64,000 nt of DNA from Candidatus Daviesbacteria bacterium (GTDB lineage Bacteria > Patescibacteriota > Microgenomatia > Daviesbacterales > UBA10151). Where the stretch lies: assembly GCA_016186955.1 (NCBI GenBank), contig JACPKP010000009.1:161595-225594 (forward strand). The letters run 5' to 3'. The position numbers and the translations under genes are program-made. Below are positions 19,175 to 29,510 of this stretch, piece by piece; the first letter of the stretch is position 1, and every line of letters starts with the position of its first letter. Under the pieces are notes generated by a model. That model had not been told where the DNA came from. It made no database searches and worked only from the letters and a program-made list of their open reading frames with translations.

Positions 19175-20676
19175 AAAAAATTATTCGATGGGTTGGCAGC
19201 AATAAACAAGAGGCCTGCATATTCTTTATAATCCTTTTGGTCAGCGGATCTTTAAGATTTTACAAGATTGACCAATACATGTTTTTTCTGGGTGATGAAG
19301 GGAGGGATGCTTTAATAGTCAAAGAAATGCTTACAGAGCGCCATATCCCGCTTATTGGGCCACCTACCTCTATCGGAGATATGTATAACGGGCCACTATA
19401 CTATTACATGATGTCCGTACCAATGGCTATTTTTTGGCTTAACCCCGTTGCAGCAGCAGGTATGGTGGCTTTGGTTGGGACGCTTACAGTAGGATTAATT
19501 TATTATCTGGCGCGTGAATGGTTCGGGAAATCTGCAGCTGTAATTTCATCAGTCCTATATAGTTTATCGCCTGTAAATATCATCTATTCACATTCTTCGT
19601 GGAACCCAAACCCCGCACCCTTTTTTGCGCTGCTTGCAATAATTGGATTTTACCACATAAGAAAATATCAAGATTTTAGATGGTTACTTCTTTCGGGTTT
19701 GGCAGTTGCATTTGCCATCCAGATGCATTATTTATCCTTAATACTGTTACCCATTGCCGGAGCTTTATGGATTTATGAGTTAGCCAAAGCAAAAATAAAT
19801 AAAAAAAATTTGAAGAAATTCATTGTCTATACAATCCTTGCCGTGCTTCTGTTCGCAATACTCATGTCCCCCCCGGTTATATTTGATTTCCGGCATGGTT
19901 TTATGAATTTTCATGCTTTCTCAAAGTTCTTTTTTGGTGACAGGGAAACAACAGTCAACTTAAATATTTTCAATGCCCTAGGTAGGGTTTATCCTATTTA
20001 TACGCATAACCTTATTGAAAGATATATCAGTGGAGAAAATATTTTTACAAAAGGTTTTCTATCAATAGCCATCTTATTGCCTGTATTTTTTGCAGTTGGC
20101 AGAATATTTAAAAAGAAAATTTTAGAATGGCCAACACTTACCTTAGGAGTATGGCTGATCGGAGGTTTACTCGGATTATCTTTATACAAACAAACAATCT
20201 ATGATCATTATTTGGGATTTTTAAACCCGGCGCCATTTTTATTAATTGGCAGTTTAAGTAAAATATTGGCAGGAAAATATTTTAAATGGGGAATGATTAT
20301 TTTGGTAATAATTGTCAGTGCAATAAATATTGCCAGAAACCCGTTGTTTACCCCTCCCAATAATCAGCTTAAAAAGACGCAGGAGATTTCTAAAAATATT
20401 ATTGCTGAATCTGGGAATAAACCATTTAATTTTGCCCTGATTGCCGAACACAACTATGATGCTGCATACCAATATTACTTAGATTTATATGGGTATAAAC
20501 CCAAAAAAGTACCTTTTGAAATTACAGACCAGCTATTTGTTATTTGTGAAGATAAAATATGCAAACCCGTTGGTCATCCCAAATATGAAATAGCTGCTTT
20601 TGGTTGGAGTAAAATAGATTGGGAAAAAAATACAAATGGAGTTAAACTTTTTAAATTAAGCCATTTCCAGCTATGA
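19171..20676 (+). CDS. GT-C membrane glycosyltransferase, PMT/ArnT-like (GT39/GT83-type)
   Basis: LRFYKIDQYMFFLGDEGRDAL N-terminal motif; ~11 TM helices; C-terminal periplasmic domain; ATGA coupling to flanking GT2 genes. Confidence 0.75.
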   Translation: MKKIIRWVGSNKQEACIFFIILLVSGSLRFYKIDQYMFFLGDEGRDALIVKEMLTERHIPLIGPPTSIGDMYNGPLYYYMMSVPMAIFWLNPVAAAGMVALVGTLTVGLIYYLAREWFGKSAAVISSVLYSLSPVNIIYSHSSWNPNPAPFFALLAIIGFYHIRKYQDFRWLLLSGLAVAFAIQMHYLSLILLPIAGALWIYELAKAKINKKNLKKFIVYTILAVLLFAILMSPPVIFDFRHGFMNFHAFSKFFFGDRETTVNLNIFNALGRVYPIYTHNLIERYISGENIFTKGFLSIAILLPVFFAVGRIFKKKILEWPTLTLGVWLIGGLLGLSLYKQTIYDHYLGFLNPAPFLLIGSLSKILAGKYFKWGMIILVIIVSAINIARNPLFTPPNNQLKKTQEISKNIIAESGNKPFNFALIAEHNYDAAYQYYLDLYGYKPKKVPFEITDQLFVICEDKICKPVGHPKYEIAAFGWSKIDWEKNTNGVKLFKLSHFQL

Positions 20677-21422
20677 CACCAAAAGTATCTGTAATAGTAC
20701 CCTCATATAATGAAGCAGCTGATTTAAAAAGACAGGCGATTAATCAAATCGACGGATATCTGAAAATACAAAAATACCCGTATGAAGTGCTTATAGTAGA
20801 TGACGGGTCAACCAATAATACGGTTAGTGTAGTTGAAAAGGAGATAAAAAATAAAAAGAACTTTAAGCTGATTAAAAATCCACATGGGGGGAAGGCCATT
20901 ACGGTGATGATTGGGATGCTTGTGTCAAAAGGTGATATTGCACTGTTTACTGATATGGATCAGGCAACACCTATTTATGAAATTGAAAAATTACTGCCCA
21001 AATTTGACAGCGGTTTTGATATTGTAATCGGTTCAAGGCATGGCAGAAAAGGCGCATCGTTGAGCCGTAAACTTGCAGCATGGGGTTTTGCGTCACTTAG
21101 AAATATAATATTGAACCTGCCTTTATCGGATACACAGTGCGGATTTAAGTTATTTAACAGAAAATCTATCAATTTAATATTCCCTAAACTTTTAAATGAT
21201 TGGCAGGCCATGAAACAGGAGGGGGCAGCTGTCAACGCAGGGTTTGATGCTGAAGTTTTATTCATCGCCAAGAAGCAAAAATTAAAAATAGCAGAAGTAA
21301 ATGTTTTATGGCATCATGTCCAAAATGAGAAACAGGTGCAGATTATTAAGGATGGAATTGAAGCTATCAAAGATATGGTAAGGATTAGGTTAAGTGATGC
21401 TATGGGTAAATATGGAGGATGA
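20673..21422 (+). CDS. GT2 polyprenol-phosphate glycosyltransferase (DPM1-like)
   Basis: VSVIVPSYNEAADL...VDDGSTNNT...TDMDQ...QCGFK. Confidence 0.8.
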   Translation: MTPKVSVIVPSYNEAADLKRQAINQIDGYLKIQKYPYEVLIVDDGSTNNTVSVVEKEIKNKKNFKLIKNPHGGKAITVMIGMLVSKGDIALFTDMDQATPIYEIEKLLPKFDSGFDIVIGSRHGRKGASLSRKLAAWGFASLRNIILNLPLSDTQCGFKLFNRKSINLIFPKLLNDWQAMKQEGAAVNAGFDAEVLFIAKKQKLKIAEVNVLWHHVQNEKQVQIIKDGIEAIKDMVRIRLSDAMGKYGG

Positions 21423-22807
21423 AATTTTCAATTTTCAATTTTAAATTTTCAATTTTAAGTTATGATGTTTTGATTGTCGCGCTCCTCTGTCTGACTGTGC
21501 CGCTTTTTTTCTATAAACTGGGGCAGTCTTCACTGGTGTCATGGGATGAGGCATGGTACGCGGAGATCGCCGGGAATATTGTAAAAACCGGTGATTTTTT
21601 ACACCTTACTTTTAATGGCGGTTCCTATACAGATCACCCGCCTTTTGGTTTTTGGCTGATTGCCCTATCCTTTAAATTATTTGGCATAAATGAATTTTGG
21701 GCAAGGTTTGCCCCTGCCTTGATTGGTTTTTTGGGGGTTATTACTACTTATTTTTTAGGTCGGGAACTTTTTAGCAAAAGTGTGGGTTTTTTATCAGCTT
21801 TAGCATTAACTTCATCCCCCTGGTTTCTGTATAGATCAAGATCAGGAAACCTGGATTCTATATTAACAACATTTTTTATTTTAACTGTTTTATTCGCTTT
21901 GAAAGCCAGCAAAAATAAACATTTTTTAATGCCATTTTCCCTGAGCTTAGTTGCATTACTTCTGACAAAAACACTGGCGCCTTTAACCATTATCCCTGCG
22001 CTCATCATTATTTTTTGGAAAAATAAGCTAAAATTAAGAGACTTTAGAAATGCTCTGTTACTTATTTCCTCATTAATACTTGGATGGTTTTTCAGCCAAT
22101 ATTTTTATAAATCAGATTTTTTCAGTAGGTATTTTATGATTGGATTCCCCGGTGCGGAAGTAAAAACAGATTATTTGGATAACCTGAAACTTGCCAAGGA
22201 ATATTTACACAACGGGATAGGGAAGTGGTTTTGGCCGGGGATATTTGGGATTTTTGCAGGATTGTTTTTAAGGCAAAAAAGGTTTTATATCCTTTCAACT
22301 TTTTTCGTAATATTTATAACACCGTTCTTGTTTTCAAACAAAGGTCATATTTGGCACCTTATTCCGCTTCACCCTTTTATGATCCTTGCTTTTTTTGGTT
22401 TTTTTTATGTTGTTTTGGAAAAAATATGCAAGAAGAAAATAATTGTATCCCTGATAATTTTTGCAATCGGTTTATATTTCTCACTTTTACAAATGAGACA
22501 GATTTGGTATCAGTTTGTAGATATTCCTGCTTATGTTTCTGATGAAGCAATTTTATCAAGGGAAGCAGAAAAATATGCCCAGGATTTTTATATTGATGGT
22601 GGAGATTTCGGGCCCTCTGCAGTTTTTTATTCAGGTGGGAAACATGTCAGCAAAGTTTGGGAAGGGGGATTACCTGAGTTGTTTGAGACGCCAAAACCGT
22701 TTGTACTCATAACCCACCAGTGGAGATTGGATAAATACAAAATTGAAAAAAAAAGATATAAAGTGTTAAAATCCGACCGGGATAAAATTTTAGTTATAAA
22801 AATATGA
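21419..22807 (+). CDS. GT-C membrane glycosyltransferase, ArnT/PMT-like
   Basis: LVSWDEAWYAEIAGNIVKTGDFL...HPPFGFWLIALSFKLFG is the classic ArnT/PMT loop-1 motif (DE...). ATGA overlap with upstream GT2. 5' end contains heptanucleotide repeats. Confidence 0.8.
   Translation: MKFSIFNFKFSILSYDVLIVALLCLTVPLFFYKLGQSSLVSWDEAWYAEIAGNIVKTGDFLHLTFNGGSYTDHPPFGFWLIALSFKLFGINEFWARFAPALIGFLGVITTYFLGRELFSKSVGFLSALALTSSPWFLYRSRSGNLDSILTTFFILTVLFALKASKNKHFLMPFSLSLVALLLTKTLAPLTIIPALIIIFWKNKLKLRDFRNALLLISSLILGWFFSQYFYKSDFFSRYFMIGFPGAEVKTDYLDNLKLAKEYLHNGIGKWFWPGIFGIFAGLFLRQKRFYILSTFFVIFITPFLFSNKGHIWHLIPLHPFMILAFFGFFYVVLEKICKKKIIVSLIIFAIGLYFSLLQMRQIWYQFVDIPAYVSDEAILSREAEKYAQDFYIDGGDFGPSAVFYSGGKHVSKVWEGGLPELFETPKPFVLITHQWRLDKYKIEKKRYKVLKSDRDKILVIKI
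21423..21457 (+). repeat. 5 tandem copies of heptanucleotide AATTTTC/AATTTTA immediately after the start codon of GT-C gene
   Basis: aattttc aattttc aatttta aattttc aatttta at 21423-21457; encodes KFSIFNFKFSIL in frame; unit length 7 is not a multiple of 3. Confidence 0.9.
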
Positions 22808-23766
22808 TTAAAGAAGTTTTGGTTGCGGGAAACAGGGGGACATGCGGAGGGGTCAATATGGCATTGGAATCAGTCAACCAGGTTTTGGATATTGTTGACA
22901 GGAGGGAAACAGTTTATACAAACTGGGATATTGTCAACAATACACCGATTATGAAAAACCTTGGTGACCGGGGGCTGGTCTGTGTTAAAAATGATTGGGA
23001 TAAAGTGCCGGATGGGTCCATACTACTGTTCTCCGCCCATGGTGTACCGCCAAATTTCCATGAAATTGCCAGGGGAAAAAATTTAACTGTCATAGATGCT
23101 ACTTGCCAGCTCGTCAACAGGGTCCATTCCCTGGTAAAAAATGCAGTGGATCATGGCAAACATGTGGTGTATGTTGGGGTAAAAAACCACCCGGAAACTT
23201 TAGGGGTAATGGGTGAGGTAGACGGGCAGGATATTAGTTTGGTTGAGAATATGGCTGATATTGAAAACTTAAAAATACCCGGGAAAAGTGCAGTTGTTTA
23301 TTCACAGACTACACTCTCAACAGCAGAGATTAGACAAAAAATATTAAGGCTAAAAGAGAGGTTTCCCGATATTTGGATTCCCTCAAGATGGGATATTTGT
23401 TATGCAGCGGATAATAGACAGCAAGCGGTTGAAAAGTTGGTTAAACTAGTAGATCTTTTAATAATTGTCGGTTCAAAACACAGCCATAACAGCGAGGAGC
23501 TAAGAAGAATAGGGGAGATGGCAAAAATGCCTTCATTTCTGATTGATTCACCCCTGGAAATTGACAAAGGATGGTTTGGAGAAAATATCCAAAAAATTGG
23601 GCTTTCTTCAGGGGCATCTGTTTTGGAGTCAAACACAGAAAGTGTGTTGGACTGGTTCAGGGATAAAGATGTTTTGATAAAATATCTTCCGCAAGTTGTA
23701 TCTGAGAAAAGCATGATGTTTAAACTGCCCCAGGCAAGTATAAATCTACTAAAGGCAAGATATTAA
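22804..23766 (+). CDS. ispH: 4-hydroxy-3-methylbut-2-enyl diphosphate reductase (IspH/LytB)
   Basis: Three spaced Cys in conserved contexts: AGNRGTCGGVNMAL (N-terminal), SAHGV...DATCQLVNRVH (middle), DICYAADNRQQAV (C-terminal). Length 320 aa. Confidence 0.65.
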   Translation: MIKEVLVAGNRGTCGGVNMALESVNQVLDIVDRRETVYTNWDIVNNTPIMKNLGDRGLVCVKNDWDKVPDGSILLFSAHGVPPNFHEIARGKNLTVIDATCQLVNRVHSLVKNAVDHGKHVVYVGVKNHPETLGVMGEVDGQDISLVENMADIENLKIPGKSAVVYSQTTLSTAEIRQKILRLKERFPDIWIPSRWDICYAADNRQQAVEKLVKLVDLLIIVGSKHSHNSEELRRIGEMAKMPSFLIDSPLEIDKGWFGENIQKIGLSSGASVLESNTESVLDWFRDKDVLIKYLPQVVSEKSMMFKLPQASINLLKARY

Positions 23767-23776
23767 TTTGTGTTTT

Positions 23777-23801
23777 GGACAACGTACATATAAGATTGTC
23801 C
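23777..23801 (+). terminator. weak hairpin + T-run downstream of ispH
   Basis: GGACAA-13 nt-TTGTCC followed by taattatgttttttt; AT-rich 6-bp stem so weak. Confidence 0.2.
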
Positions 23802-23837
23802 TAATTATGTTTTTTTGATATTGTTGATACAGCTTTT

Positions 23838-25319
23838 ATGCAGTTTCTTCAAACCTATAAATTTTTTAGAAATTTGATTTTGTCTCTGGTGGCCTTAAGC
23901 GTAATAGGATTTTTCTTTTCTTACAAAATCTTAGAAATTCCAGGGGGTTTGACACCGGATGAAGCTTCTTTTGGGTATAATGCTGTGCTTTTAGCCGAAA
24001 CCTTACATGATCAAAATAAGAGATTTTTACCTTTTTTTGTATTATCTTCCGACGGAGTTGATTGGAGACAGCCTGTTACACAGTATTATTTAACAGCTAT
24101 TTTTAAAATTTTTGGGTCTTCGGTCTTTCTCCTTAGATTTAGCAGCGTAATTATTACCCTCATCAGCACTATCCTGGTTTTTTTCCTTGCTAAACTACTT
24201 TTAGGGAAATATGCAGCATTTTTGGCATCTTTCTTGTTTTTAACAACCCCATTAATAATGATTCAATCCCATATGGGACTTGATAATATTATGCCCATTC
24301 CTTTCGTACTTCTTTGGATGATTAGCCTCTTACAATTTCAAAAAAAACTGAATTTAAAATATCTACTTTTAGCTGGCGTCTTCTTGGGTATAGGATTTTA
24401 CAGTTATAAGGGTGCGCGGGCAATGGTACTTGTCTGGTTTCTTTTGACCGTTTTATATTTAAAATTTGCTTTTAATAATTCATTAAAAGATTTTTTAAAA
24501 AGAGTTGTCATATTTGTTTTTGGAATATTCCCTTTTTTTGCAATAGTTCCGATTTTGGAAATAAAATATGCAGGCGCTATTTTAGGGGGTACCCATCCTT
24601 CTTTTGACTCAGTGTATGCATTTTTATACCCCTATTTTTCCAGTTTTGATCCAACATTCTTATTCATTAAAGGCGATGATCTGCCCATTCATTCAACAGG
24701 AGTACATGGAATGATGCTTCTTGCATCATCCCCGCTATTTTTCATAGGTTGTTATCAAGCGATAAAGAAAAAAAATTTTTGGTTATTTATTTTAGCTGTT
24801 TTCTTTCTTGCACCGCTTCTTTACGGCTTAATTGGTTCAGTTCACCGCGCGAGTAGGCTAATGGCAATTGTTCCCTTATATGCATTACTGGCAACATTGG
24901 GAGGGGATTTTTTATGGAGGTCAAAAATTAAAAATTTTATAAAGGGTAAAATAATATTTCTTGTGATAATTATTTTGATATTTATAAATTATTTTGACTT
25001 TGTTAATTATTATTGGTTTACATATCCTAAATTTACTCACCAGAGTGAAAATACATTAAAAGTCTTCAAGGCCTATAGAGCTTTGGCTGAACAAGCCAAG
25101 TTGAAAGGACTCACACCGTATTTGGATACAGTAGTACAAGATGGTGACAGCGGGCTATTTTTCGAGGTGATTTATTTTGACCAGCCAATAGGTAGATGGA
25201 TGAGCAAAAAGGATGTGCTGCCAACAGGAAGCATTCTCCTTACTCCACGAAGAGAAATCCCAGGTTTAGAAAAAGCCAATATTGACATACCATTCCGCCA
25301 TTTACAAATTTACCAATAG
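23838..25319 (+). CDS. GT-C membrane glycosyltransferase, PMT/ArnT-like
   Basis: ...LTPDEASFGYNAVLLAETLHDQNKRFLPFF... motif and >10 TM helices. Confidence 0.75.
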   Translation: MQFLQTYKFFRNLILSLVALSVIGFFFSYKILEIPGGLTPDEASFGYNAVLLAETLHDQNKRFLPFFVLSSDGVDWRQPVTQYYLTAIFKIFGSSVFLLRFSSVIITLISTILVFFLAKLLLGKYAAFLASFLFLTTPLIMIQSHMGLDNIMPIPFVLLWMISLLQFQKKLNLKYLLLAGVFLGIGFYSYKGARAMVLVWFLLTVLYLKFAFNNSLKDFLKRVVIFVFGIFPFFAIVPILEIKYAGAILGGTHPSFDSVYAFLYPYFSSFDPTFLFIKGDDLPIHSTGVHGMMLLASSPLFFIGCYQAIKKKNFWLFILAVFFLAPLLYGLIGSVHRASRLMAIVPLYALLATLGGDFLWRSKIKNFIKGKIIFLVIIILIFINYFDFVNYYWFTYPKFTHQSENTLKVFKAYRALAEQAKLKGLTPYLDTVVQDGDSGLFFEVIYFDQPIGRWMSKKDVLPTGSILLTPRREIPGLEKANIDIPFRHLQIYQ

Positions 25320-25367
25320 CTTGTATGGTACGCCTTCCGAGTGATTTAGGTTGATACTTGGCTTATC

Positions 25368-26443
25368 TTGTGTTATACTTCAAACCCAATGAAGGAAGTT
25401 TTACTCGCATCAACCTTGCATGACCCAAAGGGCATATTTTTGGATGATTTGCCAAAGGCGGCTGAAGCAGTTTTGTCCAATTACAGCGCCTGGATAGTCA
25501 ATACAACTAGTACAACGGACCAAAAAGTTAATGAGGAACTTTTAAAAAGAGGAGTAAATTAACAGTTACTGATTTACGGATTGTTGATGATGTTGTAGAA
25601 AATGATCATTTAAATTTACTTACTAAAACTGCATCACTGGCTGAAAAATTAGACCTTAAAAAAATTCAGTATACCGATGGGGACAGGATAATTATGGCAG
25701 GTTATCACTATCCTGAGGATTTGGTGAAAATTTCCCAAACAGCGGCTTTAGTGCCAATTATAAGAGGTTACATGAACTTAAGGAGGAGCGATGTAGATTT
25801 TATGGCGCATCATCCCCCGCTTATACAAACAGAAAATATATTTTCATCTATTTATTCAGATGCGCTTGGTTTTAAAGTAGATGTCGGAAGTACGGCTCAT
25901 GCTTTTTCCTGGGATATATTAACAGGGATTATTGAGCAATCCCCAAAATTGGAGCCGGTGAGTTTTCCTCATCCCAAGTGGATGTTAATTGCACATAATT
26001 TAGGGGCGCAAATTAAGTCTATTGAAACCAATAATGTGTTGACTTTTGAAACACCGGCGCAGTTTAAAGATGAAGTTTTGGCAGCAATCCCGGAAAATTT
26101 GAAAGTATCAAAGGCTGATTTAAACCAAAATTATCCGTTACTGCAAGAATTATATATGTTAACACTTGGCCGGAATAATATGAGAAATCCAAAAGAGTGG
26201 GAATTAAGGTTCCGTACATTGGATCAGTATCTTAAGTTTTTACAAAATCATCTGGCAGAATTTGTATCTGACCCAATCCGTCAAAACCAGATTGACCAAA
26301 ACATTATGAATGCTTTACAAATCGCCCAATCCAAAAAGGTAAGGATACTGGAGGCAATCGCCCAAGGTGATTTAGCAAATGAGGAACTAAGTTATCTCGA
26401 TAAAACCCCGATTGTACAGTCGTGGGTAGATTCATCTGCCTGA
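25368..26443 (+). pseudogene. hypothetical protein gene split by a -1 frame change at T-TTA-AAA (25541-25547); 64-aa N-terminal ORF + 249-aa ORF
   Basis: The frame of ORF 25694-26443 is open upstream to 25535 with no start codon. It overlaps the end of ORF 25368-25562 exactly at the heptamer t tta aaa a (A5 run 25544-25548). Confidence 0.4.
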
Positions 26444-26477
26444 AGAAAGATAACCTGGGAGTTGATATAATGGGTGG

Positions 26478-28010
26478 GTGGGGATTTTTAAAAAATACCG
26501 CTTGGAAATTTTGCTTCTTTTGGGCATAGTTGTACTTTTTTTTGTTTTACGCCTTCCAAACCTGACTTTGCAGCCTATTTTTGCAGATGAGGCGATTTAT
26601 ATCAGATGGGCCCAGGTGATGAGGGCTGAACCTACATTGCGCTTTTTGCCATTGTCTGATGGCAAGACACCGCTTTTTATGTGGGTCATGATCCCCTTAC
26701 TTAAATTCTTCAACGATCCGCTTTTGGCAGGAAGGTTGTTATCGGGATTTGCAACTTTGGTTGGTGTAACAATTTTAGCTTGGAAATTTTTTGGTAAACG
26801 GGTAGCTCTGTGGTCGGCATTTTTTGTTGCAGTTACCCCATATATGGTTTTTTTTGACAGGATGGCATTGGTGGATTCTATGCTGGCAGCTTTTTCTGTC
26901 TGGGCGCTTTTTTTGGCGGTGACGCTTGTGCAAACTTACAGAACTGATATGGCTATGTTTTTAGGTTATGCAATAGGTGGGGGGATGCTTACTAAAACTC
27001 CGGGTTTATTTAATGTTTTAGTTGTCCCTGTAACGTTATTTCTTTTTGATTGGAAAAGCAGAAACAGGGAAAAGAGGCTTTTGAAGATATTAGGGCTTTG
27101 GGTTTTGGCATTTGCAGTTGCATTTTTAATTTATAATATTTTAAAACTGGGGCCTGAGTTCCAAAATTTAAATTCCAGAAACCAGGATTATATCCACTCC
27201 CCTGCTGATTTATTATTACGCCCTTGGGATCCGTTTTTGCCGCATGCTTCAAATGTTTTAGATTGGTTTTCGGCATTTTTGACACTGCCGACATTCCTCC
27301 TTGTAATTGTTGGAGGTATTTGGGCTCTGTTAAAAAAACAAAAATACGCTGTGACCGTTTTGTTTTGGAGTTTTGTACCGTTACTAGTCCAGATGGCGAT
27401 GCTTAAAACTTTTACTGCCAGGTACCTGCTTTTTACCATTCCCCCGCTGCTAATTTTGACAGCATGGTTTTTGGATGAGATTTTACTAAAAACGAAAAAA
27501 AGACTTATTTTAATGCTGGGATTGGTAGTTTTATTTTTAGCATTTTCTCTTAACTTCAGTGTATGGCTTCTAACTGATCCGCAAAAAGCTCCTTTACCGA
27601 CAGAAGAAAGAAGGGGATATCTGGAGGATTGGACAGCAGGATATGGTTTCCCGGAAATTGCTGAGTATTTAATTGACCAAACTAAAAATGGCTCAGTAGT
27701 TGTAGGGACTGAAGGATTTTTCGGGACACTTCCTGATGGATTACAAATTTATTTAGACAAACATTCCCACAGCGCACCAAAAGAAAACCGGATTTCAATT
27801 GTCCCTTCCAGGGCAACTGTTTCAGCAGAACTTCGGGTTGCAGCAGAGGACCATTTAACTTTTTTTGTTGCCAATAAATCCAGGTATGATAAACCACAGG
27901 AGAATTTGAGTTTAATTTGGGAGTTTCCTAAGCCTAAAGGGGACGGTTATCAGCAGGATGCAATACTTTTTTACCGGGTTTTTCCCCTGAAAGAGGATAA
28001 AAGTAAATGA
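26478..28010 (+). CDS. GT-C membrane glycosyltransferase, PMT/ArnT-like
   Basis: IFADEAIYIRWAQVM...GKTPLFMWVMIPLLKFF...LLSGFATLVGV pattern; polytopic. Confidence 0.75.
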   Translation: MGIFKKYRLEILLLLGIVVLFFVLRLPNLTLQPIFADEAIYIRWAQVMRAEPTLRFLPLSDGKTPLFMWVMIPLLKFFNDPLLAGRLLSGFATLVGVTILAWKFFGKRVALWSAFFVAVTPYMVFFDRMALVDSMLAAFSVWALFLAVTLVQTYRTDMAMFLGYAIGGGMLTKTPGLFNVLVVPVTLFLFDWKSRNREKRLLKILGLWVLAFAVAFLIYNILKLGPEFQNLNSRNQDYIHSPADLLLRPWDPFLPHASNVLDWFSAFLTLPTFLLVIVGGIWALLKKQKYAVTVLFWSFVPLLVQMAMLKTFTARYLLFTIPPLLILTAWFLDEILLKTKKRLILMLGLVVLFLAFSLNFSVWLLTDPQKAPLPTEERRGYLEDWTAGYGFPEIAEYLIDQTKNGSVVVGTEGFFGTLPDGLQIYLDKHSHSAPKENRISIVPSRATVSAELRVAAEDHLTFFVANKSRYDKPQENLSLIWEFPKPKGDGYQQDAILFYRVFPLKEDKSK

Positions 28011-29509
28011 GTGATTTGCACAAGACTGAACATTTTGACGAAACAGCAGAACTTTCACTGGAAGTGATAAAACAGCGGGCCGTAAAAGGCGTTTTGGCAT
28101 TGACAGGCAGGACTTTTTTCTTACAACTTGTTGCACTTTCGGCAACATTCGCCTTGACTGTTTTCCTTGACCCGAAAGAATATGGGGTTTTCTTTTTGGT
28201 TTCTGCAATTGTTAATATTTTTACCTATTTTTCAGACATTGGGTTTTCCGCGGCAGCTATCCAGAAAAAGGAGAAGCTCGATAATGATGAACTGACCACC
28301 ACATTTACCATACAGCAAGGATTGGTGATAGGTTTGGTGGTCATAATTTTTGCTGCCACCCCAATCATCAAAAATATTTATAATTTCTCCGATGAATCTG
28401 TTTATCTTTTGTGGGCTTTGTCCATTTCCCTAGTTTTTTCTTCTCTGAAAACTATACCGTCAGTCCTGCTAGAGAGAAGATTGGAATTTAATAAATTAAT
28501 AATCCCCCAGATAGTTGAGGTCATAGCTTTTTACGGTATAGCAGTTTTGTTGGCTTGGAAAGGTTTCGGGGTTGCCAGTTTTACTATTGCAGTTTTGGTA
28601 AGGTCAATTTTGGGTCTTTTTACCATCTATATAATCCAGCCCTGGATGCCAAAATACGGATTGTCTAAAAATGCTTTTAGAGGACTTATTAAATTCGGAC
28701 TTCCCTATCAGTTAAATATCTTTTTAGCAGTCTTGAAGGATGACGGAATGGTAGCAGTTTTGGGCTCTATCTTGGGACCCGGCGGAGTTGGGCTTTTGGG
28801 ATGGGCGCAAAAATGGGGGTTTGCCCCCTTAAGGTTTTTTATGGATCAGGTGATCAAAGTTACATTCCCGGCTTTTTCCAGATTACAGGATAACCCATTG
28901 GAGTTGTCGAAAGCAGTTTCAAGGTCGATATCTTTTATCAGTATTTTGGTGTTCCCCTCCCTTGTCGGCCTAATACTAACAGCCCCAATTTTGGTAAGGC
29001 TTATCCCCAAATATGGCAAATGGGAACCGGCTCTTTTTGCACTCTCGCTTATTTGTTTTAATGCTTTTTGGGCAGCAGTTACCACCCCATTAACAAATGT
29101 TTTAAATGCCATAGGAAAAATTGGGATCACTTTTAAATTAATGATTATGTGGACTGTTTTAACTTTAGTTTTTGTCCCCGGACTGGCCTTGTTGTATGGT
29201 TTGAATGGGGCAGTCCTGGGGTATTCAATAGTTGGTTTGAGCTCGGTTATTGCCATAATAATTGCAAACAAATTTATCAAAGTAAATTTTTATGAGAGTG
29301 TTTTTAAACCACTTTTTGCTTCTTTGGTAATGGGGGTAGTAATTTTTTTGACTCAAGTTTTTATGTATGAAAATGTTTTACTCATTGTTGTAATGATTTT
29401 ATTGGGATTGTTAACATATGTTACAACGCTTTTCATAATTGCCAAAGATACTTTGACAGAGGATGCAAAGAAAGTATTCACTATATTTAGATCAAAAAAA
29501 GTCATCTAA
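28007..29509 (+). CDS. Wzx-like polysaccharide flippase (MOP/polysaccharide biosynthesis protein family)
   Basis: 500 aa, ~14 TM helices, N-terminal amphipathic start typical of RfbX/Wzx. Confidence 0.65.
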   Translation: MSDLHKTEHFDETAELSLEVIKQRAVKGVLALTGRTFFLQLVALSATFALTVFLDPKEYGVFFLVSAIVNIFTYFSDIGFSAAAIQKKEKLDNDELTTTFTIQQGLVIGLVVIIFAATPIIKNIYNFSDESVYLLWALSISLVFSSLKTIPSVLLERRLEFNKLIIPQIVEVIAFYGIAVLLAWKGFGVASFTIAVLVRSILGLFTIYIIQPWMPKYGLSKNAFRGLIKFGLPYQLNIFLAVLKDDGMVAVLGSILGPGGVGLLGWAQKWGFAPLRFFMDQVIKVTFPAFSRLQDNPLELSKAVSRSISFISILVFPSLVGLILTAPILVRLIPKYGKWEPALFALSLICFNAFWAAVTTPLTNVLNAIGKIGITFKLMIMWTVLTLVFVPGLALLYGLNGAVLGYSIVGLSSVIAIIIANKFIKVNFYESVFKPLFASLVMGVVIFLTQVFMYENVLLIVVMILLGLLTYVTTLFIIAKDTLTEDAKKVFTIFRSKKVI

Positions 29510-29510
29510 C

